This document shows, piece after piece, positions 1 to 7,599 of a stretch of 64,000 nucleotides of DNA. Every line of letters starts with the position of its first letter. Within the stretch, counting starts at the first letter, position 1. The notes beneath the pieces were generated by a model. That model was not told the DNA's origin and did no database searches. It saw only the letters and a list, made by a program, of their open reading frames with translations. Both the position numbers and the translations under genes were made by a program. Source of the DNA: Candidatus Peribacteraceae bacterium (GTDB lineage: Bacteria > Patescibacteriota > Gracilibacteria > Peribacterales > Peribacteraceae); the NCBI GenBank assembly GCA_028703835.1, contig JAQVMB010000003.1:5493-69492 (forward strand). Direction: 5' to 3'.

Positions 1-370
1 CGGGCTGTGGGAATCCCTTGTTCGCATCTTTCAGCCACTGCTGGTCCAATCCCTGGACTGTCCCGTACGCGACGGTGGACAGGCTGTACCGGTCGGAGAC
101 CACGACAGTCCCTTCCAGGAGTGCAGGTCGGATGACGCGTTCCACATGCCACGCGCGGTCCGCCGTGAAGAGCATCTGGAGGGCGGATGCAGGCATCACT
201 TCGCGTCCCCGCAATATTTCCCGGATCCACGCGCCGATGGGGCCCTCCGTCGGTTCGGCCGTCCGCAGCACTTTCTTGCCCGCCTGTTCCAGCCGTTCGG
301 CCAGCAGTTTCGCGTGGAGGGATGTGCCCGCCCCGTCGGGGCCTTCGAGGACGATGAAGGTGCCGTGCAT
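1..370 (-). CDS. tmk: thymidylate kinase (partial; C-terminus runs off window start)
   Basis: Own minus-strand translation from the ATG at 368-370 gives MHGTFIVLEGPDGAGTSLHAKLLAERLEQAGKKVLRTAEPTEGPIGAWIREIL...SDRYSLSTVAYG. The P-loop and DRY..S..AYG motifs fit dTMP kinase. Absent from the ORF track because it is truncated by the window edge. Confidence 0.75.
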   Translation of the reverse strand, partial: MHGTFIVLEGPDGAGTSLHAKLLAERLEQAGKKVLRTAEPTEGPIGAWIREILRGREVMPASALQMLFTADRAWHVERVIRPALLEGTVVVSDRYSLSTVAYGTVQGLDQQWLKDANKGFPQP

Positions 371-528
371 AGGAGACTGATTGTACATGAATTCCATTTT
401 CGAATCGTGTAGAGACTTCATGACACTGACGTCTCAACGGATACCTGCGACGGGACGATGGTGGACGGGGGAAACAAAAAACGCAGCCGGGAGACGAGCA
501 GAAACCCGGCCGCGCATGGTGTACTACG

Positions 529-3066
529 TTATTCCATGATGCAGGGAACACCTCTTCCGCACGGAGAGGGGTTTTCCGCAACGGGATACGTGACGCTGCC
601 CTGCTCCTTCAGGTCCGAGAGCGCGTTGGCTTGCACCACGCCGTCACTGACGGTGTAGAGGCTCTCGCCGATGCGCGTGACGCGCTGGATGTCCTTGCCC
701 GTGCCGTACCAGTAATCGCCGGCTTTCACGTACTCCTCGTCCGTGTAATGCGTGATCCGTCCGCGCAGCGTGAAACCGCTGAGGAGCGAGATGCGGTACA
801 CGTACGCTCCCTGGAAGACGGGAGAGCCGTACGCGCTGTCGTTGCCGGGCGTCTTCTGGTCCGCCGGAATCTCGTACACCGTCACGGGGAAGCTGAGCAG
901 GCCGCGCTGCTTGTCGAAGAGGAGTGCCTTGTGGTTTTGCAGCAGAGGACTGTCCGTCCCGCGGTCCCCGATGCCGGTCTGGAACATCTCCTTCGGGTTC
1001 GCCACGTCCGTCACGTCGAAGATGGCCATCTTCATGCCCTGTTGCCAGGCGAACGTGCCGTCTTTGGATTCCACCGCTTCTTTGCCGAAGCCGATGATGT
1101 GGTTCTCGTCGTACGGGTGGAGGTAATCGCTGAAGCCCGGAATTTTCAGCTTGCCGAGGATGGCGGGATTGCGCGGATCCGAGGTATCGATGACGAAGAG
1201 GGGATCGATGGTGCGGAACGTCACCATGTAGGCGCGGTCGCCGAGGAAGCGCACGGCGTAGATGGTTTCCCCGGGTGCGATCTCTTCGATCTTGCCCACG
1301 TTCTCCAGCGACATGTTCATGATGTAGAGGTTGTTCGTGGAGGGGGAATTGCCGTTGTTCCAGGATCGGCCCTTCGTCGTGGCGATGCGGAACGTGTTCT
1401 CGTGCTCATCCATGGAGAACTGGTTGAGGATGTGGCCGGGAACGGAGCCCTGGCTCTGCAGCGTCACGCCGCCGTCCGTGAACCGGAAGCGGTACACGTT
1501 CGTCTTCTCTTCGCCGCCGCCCGTTCTGTCCCAGTGATACGTCCATTCGGGCGCCGCCACGAACAGGTTCTGCAGCGAGGCGTAGACGTTCTGCGCGTTG
1601 CCCAGCACCGTCGTGCGGGCCACGTCGCCCGTCGGCTTCGACACGTCGATCACGCCGACCGTGAGGTACTGCGGCGAGGGCACGTGCGGGAGGATCATCA
1701 CGTTCCCGCACCGGGTGACGGGTTGCGCCGCATCGCCCACCTTCGAGTCGGAAAACTGGGGGAGCACCGTGTCTTCCGTCGCTTGCGTGAGGGGTTGTGC
1801 GCCGTCGTACCAGCGCATCGGCTGGTTCACCACCAGGTAGAGTTTGTGGCCGATCATGCGCGTGGAGACGGACGACCCGTCGAAGGAGACCTTGCGTTCC
1901 AGCGTCGGCTTCGCGCGGTCCGACACGTCGTAGATGCGCGCCTGCGTGCGCTGCACGGAAGGGTAGTACGGATAAACGGACGGCATCATCTTGCCGTTCA
2001 TGATGCGCGGCGTTCCCTGCGCGGCCCATGCGTTGCCGATGACGACCAGGCGGTCGCCGTCGATGTACAAGTCTTGCGGGCTGAACGTGGAATCTTCGTC
2101 GAAGATCTCGCTCATTTTCCGCATGCCGTCGGCGGGCACCGCCTTCACGATGCGGACGGCGCCGCCCGAAACGATGTAGAGGTACGTGCCGTCCGTCTTG
2201 ACGATGTCCCCTTCGTCCACGCCCTCGGTCTGGACGTTCGTGCGCGCGTAATCGCCGTCATTCCCGGCTTTCGCCGCCGAGTCCGTCATGGGGGCGGCCG
2301 TCGGCACGGCCTCGTTCCGCATGAGTTCCGCAGGCCCTCCTCCCACGCCCCAGCCGCCGCCGCTGCGGCTGCCGGCTTCGCGCATGAACGCCTGCAGGTC
2401 GGTGCAGGAAGCGGCGGTCTGCACGGTGTCGGCGGACAGGTTCACGGTCATGTCGGGGTACTTCACGTTGAGGTAGCCTATCGACGGCTGGTCGGTGACG
2501 TTCTCCGAAAGCCGCCACATCATTTCCGCCATCTCGGCGCGCGTGATCTGCTTCGTGAGGCCGTTCATCGTCGGCGGAATGGCCTTGGAGCTTTCCAACG
2601 CGCGGACGAAGCCCTCGTACCATTCGACGCCCGCTTGCGGATCCTGCTTGTAGGCGACGGAAAAGATTTTTGCCGCCTCCGCGAACGTGACGGGTTTTTC
2701 CGGCCGGAAGAGGCCGTCGTCGTAGCCGGCGACGATGCCCTGCTCCTTTGCCGTGCAGACGTAGGGCGCGAACCACTGTTCCTGCACGTCGGGGAAGCAC
2801 TGTGACGCCCCGGCAATGTCTTCTTTCTTCGCTTCGAGGATGATCTTCAGGAGTTCGGCGCGGTTGATCGTGGCGTCCGGCTTGAAGGTGCCGTCGGCGT
2901 AGCCTTCGATCACGTTCTCGTTCTTGAGGGTGCCGATGGCGCGGGCGTACGGGGTGGACGACGAGACGTCGCGGAACGCACTCGACGCCGCGAAAGCGGG
3001 GGCAAGCTGCATGGACACGGCGAGACCGAGAGCCGTGAACACCAGCCATCGCATGGGATGTCGCAT
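529..3066 (-). CDS. secreted SLH-domain protein with C-terminal beta-propeller domain (S-layer associated)
   Basis: ORF 529..3096. The internal ATG at 3066 gives signal peptide MRHPMRWLVFTALGLAVSMQLAPAFA. SLH-like repeats are present (EGYADGTFKPDATINRAELLKIIL; AGYDDGLFRPEKPVTFAEAAKIF). TNVQTEGVDEGDIVKTDGTYLYIV and the following region resemble the secreted beta-propeller family (PF09826-like, from memory). Confidence 0.75.
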   Translation of the reverse strand: MRHPMRWLVFTALGLAVSMQLAPAFAASSAFRDVSSSTPYARAIGTLKNENVIEGYADGTFKPDATINRAELLKIILEAKKEDIAGASQCFPDVQEQWFAPYVCTAKEQGIVAGYDDGLFRPEKPVTFAEAAKIFSVAYKQDPQAGVEWYEGFVRALESSKAIPPTMNGLTKQITRAEMAEMMWRLSENVTDQPSIGYLNVKYPDMTVNLSADTVQTAASCTDLQAFMREAGSRSGGGWGVGGGPAELMRNEAVPTAAPMTDSAAKAGNDGDYARTNVQTEGVDEGDIVKTDGTYLYIVSGGAVRIVKAVPADGMRKMSEIFDEDSTFSPQDLYIDGDRLVVIGNAWAAQGTPRIMNGKMMPSVYPYYPSVQRTQARIYDVSDRAKPTLERKVSFDGSSVSTRMIGHKLYLVVNQPMRWYDGAQPLTQATEDTVLPQFSDSKVGDAAQPVTRCGNVMILPHVPSPQYLTVGVIDVSKPTGDVARTTVLGNAQNVYASLQNLFVAAPEWTYHWDRTGGGEEKTNVYRFRFTDGGVTLQSQGSVPGHILNQFSMDEHENTFRIATTKGRSWNNGNSPSTNNLYIMNMSLENVGKIEEIAPGETIYAVRFLGDRAYMVTFRTIDPLFVIDTSDPRNPAILGKLKIPGFSDYLHPYDENHIIGFGKEAVESKDGTFAWQQGMKMAIFDVTDVANPKEMFQTGIGDRGTDSPLLQNHKALLFDKQRGLLSFPVTVYEIPADQKTPGNDSAYGSPVFQGAYVYRISLLSGFTLRGRITHYTDEEYVKAGDYWYGTGKDIQRVTRIGESLYTVSDGVVQANALSDLKEQGSVTYPVAENPSPCGRGVPCIME

Positions 3067-3170
3067 AGTAAAAAGGGGGAAGACGGACGTTGTCACCCTA
3101 TCCTACGTGCGTGGACCTCATTCGTTACACGGTTTGGTGTTGACGAAAGAATCGGGCATTGAGTATCGCG

Positions 3171-3359
3171 GTCATTCCCTTTGGTTCGATACCCCGAAGC
3201 CTGCTTCGGTTCCTTGTTTTCCCGCGGGACCATGACGCTGTTTTCTACCCCACCCCGCTCCCCCGCGGCGGCGGGGTCGCACCCCTCCCCATGACGGGGA
3301 GGGGTTGGATGTTCTTTTGCCGCCGGATACTGCGGCAGCTTGCCGCGCGGTAGTTCATT
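3171..3359 (+). repeat. dispersed ~185-bp hairpin-rich repeat, copy 1
   Basis: About 90% identical by eye to 52881..53060 in the same orientation. Contains ccgaag-CCTG-cttcgg, the cccgcggg palindrome and cccctcccc-atgac-ggggagggg hairpins. Lies between two minus-strand genes. Confidence 0.8.
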
Positions 3360-3368
3360 GTCCGTTCG

Positions 3369-3935
3369 TCAGCGGTAGTACGTGGACGTCGTGGTTTGAG
3401 CGGAGGACTTGGCGTACGGCGTGGATGCGATGACGGTGCCGTCGAAGAGGACGTAATCCACGCTGCCGTCCAGGAACGTGTCGCCCTGCTTGCGTCCGTG
3501 GTCGCGGATGGTGAGGGACGTGAAGGGGCGTTTGGATCCGGCGCCCGTGACGGCGACGCGTCCGGCGCGGAGGAGCGGCTGGATGAGCTCCAGGACGTAG
3601 GCGTCATCGAGGGGCACTTCGGGGATGCGCGTGATGTCCACGTCGTCGTAGACGGTGATGCGGCGCTGGATCTTCGCGCTGAGTTCCCGGCCCGTGTATT
3701 TGTGGTTGCCGCGCGGGATGACCAACGCGAGGATGTCGCGGTACGCCATGGTGAGCACGGTCTTCTTGCTCTCGACGGTGTAGGAGACGCTCTTGCGCGG
3801 CAGGCGCCGCAGGAGCCTGACCGTTTCGGTGCGGTCCCACGAAACGACGGGCACCGCGGGTGCGTTGTCGGCGAGGGCGGCGGGTGCGGCCCAGGCAAGG
3901 AAGAGTGCGGCGAGGAGAGGGCGGAGGAGCGTCAT
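3369..3935 (-). CDS. hypothetical secreted protein
   Basis: 188-aa ORF with an ATG start and signal peptide MTLLRPLLAALFLAWAAPAALA. No family recognised. Confidence 0.6.
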   Translation of the reverse strand: MTLLRPLLAALFLAWAAPAALADNAPAVPVVSWDRTETVRLLRRLPRKSVSYTVESKKTVLTMAYRDILALVIPRGNHKYTGRELSAKIQRRITVYDDVDITRIPEVPLDDAYVLELIQPLLRAGRVAVTGAGSKRPFTSLTIRDHGRKQGDTFLDGSVDYVLFDGTVIASTPYAKSSAQTTTSTYYR

Positions 3936-3980
3936 GGGATGCGGAGAGAAAAGGGACGTACCATACGCCGTTCCTTGCCT

Positions 3981-4629
3981 TCAGGGAAGCGGCCGGTGCG
4001 GTTCGTTGGGGAAATCGGTCTCTTCACGGAAGATTTCCCGCCGCAGGCGTTGCACTTCCCGCAACGAGAAGTAGCGGATTTGGATCGCGTCCAGGTTCGA
4101 CAGTGTTCCGCTGTGCCCCACGGTCAGCAGGCGGAGCAGCTTGGCGCGGATGAGGGACGCATCGAACAGGGGATCGTCTTCCCATCCGTGCATGGATTCC
4201 CCTTGCAAGGCATCGTACAGGCGGCGGCGGGCGAGCATGCGCGCGTGTGAAGACCCGGTCGGGCAGCATGAGGCCCGCCTCGAACGCAATGTCGTCAATG
4301 TTCGGGAAGGTGTAGCGCAGGAATCGCGTTTCGTCCGCGATCCAACACGGAACCGGGCGTGTGCCGTCTTGTTCCCAAATGCGTGTATCCATTTCCCGCC
4401 TGCGCCAAACGCGGACGCCGATCAGGGCGGGCGGCGCGGCAACGTGGTGCGGGAGGATCACTTCCGGCGGTGCCGCATACAGGGAGGGCGGGACATGTCC
4501 CCTGCATGCGTACTGGACTTCCGCGCGCGCCCATTCTCCGATCAATATTGCAGCCGTTCCGGCATCGAGGCATTGCTCATGGACCCGCCTGAGCAGCACG
4601 TCATCGGAAGGATACGAAATATGATTCAT
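3981..4629 (-). pseudogene. hypothetical protein, apparently frameshifted
   Basis: Protein-like sequence starts in ORF 4024..4629 (MNHISYPSDDVLLRRVHEQCLD...IAFEAGLMLPDRVFT). It continues in ORF 3981..4298 (HARMLARRRLYDALQGESMHGWEDDPLFDASLIRAKLL...). The frames switch at a cgcgcg tract near 4239-4246. Confidence 0.45.
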
Positions 4630-4745
4630 TTGAATTAATTATACTCAACATGTCAAGTTTCAGTACAGGCTTCTTTCGGCAGGAAATCCTTGCCTCCTTC
4701 CTCTGATCGTAGAGAATGAGAAGATGCTTCTTTCCCCCTTTACCC

Positions 4746-4982
4746 ATGAGGCTCAACGCCATCGACTGGATCTCGCAGGTCCTCATCATCATCGGCGCCC
4801 TCAACTGGGGCATCGTCGGTCTGTTCGGGATTGACGTCGTCGCGTCCGCGCTCGGCGGATTCACGGTCGCCGCCCGGACGGTGTACGTCCTTGTCGGTAT
4901 CGCCGGCATCTACGAAATCATCTCGCTGGGATACAAAGCATCGGCGCGGGGAGTCCGCGATACGCGCGAAACGGCGCGCTGA
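4746..4982 (+). CDS. DUF378-family small membrane protein
   Basis: Internal ATG of ORF 4716..4982 gives MRLNAIDWISQVLIIIGALNWGIVGLFGIDVV..., containing the GALNWG.VG motif typical of DUF378. Confidence 0.75.
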   Translation: MRLNAIDWISQVLIIIGALNWGIVGLFGIDVVASALGGFTVAARTVYVLVGIAGIYEIISLGYKASARGVRDTRETAR

Positions 4983-5011
4983 GGCGGCCGCATCCGGCAC
5001 GGCGGGCGGCG

Positions 5012-5149
5012 TCACGACGGCGTCCGCTCGTCGTCCGCTGCCTTTCGTTCCCCGTTTTTCCGGGCGGCGTTGTCTTGTCCGTTCCGTGCGGCGTAGGCCA
5101 GAAGGCCTGCGACGGCCACGAGGAGGATGATGGTGCCGAGCAACGCCAT
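5012..5149 (-). CDS. candidate 45-aa single-TM micro-protein
   Basis: Own translation: MALLGTIILLVAVAGLLAYAARNGQDNAARKNGERKAADDERTPS. One hydrophobic helix plus a charged tail. Below the ORF-track size cutoff. Same strand as the sortase cluster. Confidence 0.3.
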   Translation of the reverse strand: MALLGTIILLVAVAGLLAYAARNGQDNAARKNGERKAADDERTPS

Positions 5150-5154
5150 GATGG

Positions 5155-5295
5155 TCAAGGAAGGGAAGGGAAGGAGCCCGACGCACGGCGGTGCCGCGGA
5201 TGGGCGTGGTGGTGTTTGAGCGCGTCGGCTATCGCGGCGCCGATGAGGACGGGACCGGCTGCGAAGACGATGAGGAGGACGGCGAGAGAATCCAT
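5155..5295 (-). CDS. candidate 46-aa single-TM micro-protein
   Basis: Own translation: MDSLAVLLIVFAAGPVLIGAAIADALKHHHAHPRHRRASGSFPSLP. Hydrophobic helix followed by a His/Arg-rich tail. Its stop lies 5 nt upstream of the next micro-ORF start. Confidence 0.3.
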   Translation of the reverse strand: MDSLAVLLIVFAAGPVLIGAAIADALKHHHAHPRHRRASGSFPSLP

Positions 5296-5408
5296 GGCGG
5301 GCAGGGAAGCCTGTTGTATTGACGGGTGTCTCCGCCTGTCATTACGAAGAGCGCCCCCGTTCGTTACGGAGGACGCTCCATTTTCCGCAGATTCTTTCCT
5401 CGCTGCCG

Positions 5409-5585
5409 TCAGCGTCCGGCCGTTGCGCCGAAGCCGCCGCCGGTCTCCGGCAGGCCGCCGGGAACCGAACTGTCCATCAGGGAACTGCTGGAACTCTCGT
5501 CGAGCTGTGCGAAGGCGGCGCCGCCCGCGAAGAGGAGGCCGGTAAGGCCGGCCACCAGCGCCAAGGAGAGCATCAGGTGCTTCAT
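5409..5585 (-). CDS. 58-aa secreted mini-protein carrying an LPETG motif
   Basis: Own translation: MKHLMLSLALVAGLTGLLFAGGAAFAQLDESSSSSLMDSSVPGGLPETGGGFGATAGR. It has a signal peptide ending AFA-Q and an LPETG motif. It lies 90 nt downstream of the sortase homologue on the same strand. Confidence 0.5.
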   Translation of the reverse strand: MKHLMLSLALVAGLTGLLFAGGAAFAQLDESSSSSLMDSSVPGGLPETGGGFGATAGR

Positions 5586-5675
5586 GGGTAAAATGGGGAA
5601 AGGATGATACCTATCACGACGTCCGATGGCCGTCGCCCTTTCGCGGATCCTGCCGAATTGCGATGTACTTTTCCC

Positions 5676-6389
5676 TCATTGCATCGTCGCATACACCACC
5701 AACCTGCGGTCGTAGTGTCCGATGCCCGTGTCCCACGTCCCGTCGCACGTGATGAGGTGCAGGCCGGCGACGGAGGGGTCACCGCGGTAAATCCGTCGTA
5801 TCGGCGCGTCCTTGACGTGGTAGGACTCCGCAACGGTGACGAGGAACGTCCGCTCCCGCCCCTCGGCGTCCGTAACGACGATCGCGTCGCCGGTGCGGAG
5901 ATCCCGCAGGCGCCAGAACACCGCCGGTCCGCCCGCGGTATCGAGCACGCCGTCCATGACGGACGTCCCTTTCTCGCCGGGTTTCCTGCTGCCGCTGAAC
6001 CATCCCGCGCGATACGGGCTGGTCGGGACGCCGGGCTTCTTCCCGTCCGGCGTCAAGCCCACGGTTTCCACGGCCGTATCGAGGCCGATGGCGGGGATGC
6101 GCAGGCGGACGGGTGCGGCGGGGGGAAATGATTCCGCATGCGTGGTGGGGACCAATCCGATGGCATTTCGTTCGGGCGCCGCGGTTTGCGACGACGCCGA
6201 AGGTACGTCCGCTGCCGGCGGGTGCGGCGCCGTCTCCTCCCGTTCCCGCGTGAGGCTCACCGAGGCGTGTGGCGGGACGGATGACGCGGCGTGCATGGCG
6301 AGGCGCTGCATGCTCGGCGGAGCCTGCACGTCGGGAATCCACGCATAGGCGAGGATGGCGGCGCTTAGGAAAAGGGTGGGTCGCAACAA
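5676..6389 (-). CDS. membrane-anchored sortase homologue (class F-like)
   Basis: 237-aa ORF with a TTG start and N-terminal TM anchor. PVRLRIPAIGLD...GPAVFWRLRDLRTGDAIVV...LHLITCDG...YDRRLVVYA matches the class F sortase layout, with the Cys in LITC and the Arg retained. Confidence 0.75.
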   Translation of the reverse strand: MLRPTLFLSAAILAYAWIPDVQAPPSMQRLAMHAASSVPPHASVSLTREREETAPHPPAADVPSASSQTAAPERNAIGLVPTTHAESFPPAAPVRLRIPAIGLDTAVETVGLTPDGKKPGVPTSPYRAGWFSGSRKPGEKGTSVMDGVLDTAGGPAVFWRLRDLRTGDAIVVTDAEGRERTFLVTVAESYHVKDAPIRRIYRGDPSVAGLHLITCDGTWDTGIGHYDRRLVVYATMQ

Positions 6390-6542
6390 GGGAGCCGGGG
6401 CCGGGGTGCGGACACTCTAGGGAAGCCGCCGCCTCCGATGCACGGAAATTCCGGAAGAAATCATGAATCGTCAAACACAGTCCGTACACGGAAGTCTGGA
6501 CACACTGGACAAGATGGGTATCATCGCGTCTCTTCATCTTCC

Positions 6543-6963
6543 ATGCGACGCATTCTTCTCCTCGATGACGACTGTTCCATCCTCGAATCCGTCGGGACGA
6601 TGCTCCGGGAGGACCTGGACGCGGACGCCGGAGGAAGCCATCGACATCCTGCGGCGGCAATTTCTATCCCGTATGTCCGATGCGGGACTCAACGCATTCA
6701 TTGCGGATTTCCGGCTGGAACCGACGGGGACCATCACGTCACTCGAAGTATTCGAAGTGGTGCAAAGCATTGCGCCCCGCGATTTCGTGCGGTCACGGTC
6801 CGCTCTCTGCACCAGTGAGGAAGAACCGGCATTGAGGATTCTGTTCGAAACGAGACGGCTGTTGTTCCCCGGCAGGTTTCTCTCCAAGGCCAGACTGATC
6901 GACCTCCGCACGTTCGTACGTTCCGTACCGGATGACAATATGAGAGCTTCGCCCGGACCGTGA
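6543..6963 (+). pseudogene. receiver (REC) domain protein, apparently frameshifted
   Basis: MRRILLLDDDCSILESVGTMLREDLDADA is read from the ATG at 6543 in the ORF 6438..6818 frame. It continues as TPEEAIDILRRQFLSRMSDAGLNAFIADFRLEPTGTITSLEVFEVV... in the ORF 6463..6963 frame. The frame switch is near 6618-6630. Confidence 0.55.
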
Positions 6964-7073
6964 AGAATGATTGTTTCATACGTTTCCGCGCGTTTGTGCA
7001 GTTGAGAATTCCCCGAAGGGCGGGGAAAATGACGGGAAAGCCCCTTCGGGCCATCTCTCTTCCCCCTACCCGT

Positions 7074-7274
7074 ATGAAGATTCTGCAGAATCTCGTCATG
7101 CTTCTCCTCATCGTCGGAGGGCTTAACTGGGGCCTTGTCGGCCTCTGGAATTACGACCTCGTCGTGGAGCTCCTCGGTTCCATGCCCTCGGTCGTGACCG
7201 CCGTGTATGCGCTCGTCGGCCTCGCCGCGGTGCTGGCCGTCGTGCCGTACGTCACGAAATTGGTGCGCAAGTGA
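7074..7274 (+). CDS. DUF378-family small membrane protein (second copy)
   Basis: Internal ATG of ORF 6960..7274 gives MKILQNLVMLLLIVGGLNWGLVGLWNYDLV... Confidence 0.75.
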   Translation: MKILQNLVMLLLIVGGLNWGLVGLWNYDLVVELLGSMPSVVTAVYALVGLAAVLAVVPYVTKLVRK

Positions 7275-7292
7275 TACTCCGTTTCATCGGAA

Positions 7293-7322
7293 GACCGCTC
7301 CTGCAATCGGGGCGGTTTTTTT
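7293..7322 (+). terminator. putative intrinsic terminator
   Basis: gaccgc..(loop)..gcggt stem followed by a T7 run, 19 nt after the DUF378 stop. Confidence 0.45.
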
Positions 7323-7421
7323 GGACGGTCAGTTGTTTCGAACGTCGTGCCCGGTGGCGGAGAGCACATCCCGGCACAGTTGCGCGACTTCCGTGACCTC
7401 ATCGATGATCGCGGGGTCCCG

Positions 7422-7565
7422 CTACATCGCCGCTTCCATGCGCTCGATGAGGTCGTCCGGCGGCGGAACGCCCGTGTTCATTGATTCCGCATATGCGGCG
7501 ATGTCCTCGTCGGTGACGCCCGTGCGGGCGCGGAAATTGTCGGTGTCGGGGGGCAGTGAGACCAT
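7422..7565 (-). CDS. small acidic hypothetical protein
   Basis: MVSLPPDTDNFRARTGVTDEDIAAYAESMNTGVPPPDDLIERMEAAM. This is the protein-like C-terminal part of ORF 7422..7703. It may be the tail of a decayed larger gene. Confidence 0.25.
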   Translation of the reverse strand: MVSLPPDTDNFRARTGVTDEDIAAYAESMNTGVPPPDDLIERMEAAM

Positions 7566-7599
7566 GGGGGCGGGGGTGAGGACGAAGCAGAATGCACTG

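Noticed and set aside
631-2805. Very long antisense ORFs opposite real genes. Examples: 631..2805 (+), 8760..10508 (+), 18049..19386 (+), 19893..21134 (+), 23691..24614 (+), 24969..26033 (+), 43652..44974 (+) and 61785..63479 (+).
   Set aside because: Arg/Ala/Gly/Pro/His-rich composition is typical of shadow frames in high-GC DNA. Each overlaps a gene with clear family motifs on the other strand (SLH protein, GroEL, ATPase, Cys-rich paralogues, transketolase, pyruvate kinase).
3159-3353. ORFs spanning the dispersed repeat (3159..3353 and 52779..53054) as real protein-coding genes.
   Set aside because: The copy 2 ORF begins inside the sigma-factor gene region, so there is no shared start or RBS. 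The peptides have no recognisable features, and the strong hairpins suggest a DNA/RNA-level element. The in-frame 9-nt indel keeps this open as a minor alternative (noted in the finding).
5779-6660. 293-aa minus-strand ORF overlapping the sortase homologue in another frame.
   Set aside because: Extremely Arg/Pro/Gly-rich with no motifs. The overlapping frame gives a coherent sortase fold pattern.
4746-7274. Two DUF378 genes in the same orientation flanking the sortase/REC segment, viewed as boundaries of a mobile cassette.
   Set aside because: The two genes are clearly diverged at the protein level. No flanking DNA repeats were seen, so they are probably just paralogues.
7329-7424. In-frame TAG at 7422-7424 followed by 30 further sense codons (RDPAIIDEVTEVAQLCRDVLSATGHDVRNN) ending just before a terminator. 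This could be stop-codon readthrough or recoding.
   Set aside because: In ~60% GC DNA, a 30-codon open stretch after a stop is not statistically unusual. All three stop codons terminate conserved genes at normal lengths elsewhere, so there is no support for recoding. At most it is further evidence of gene decay in this segment.
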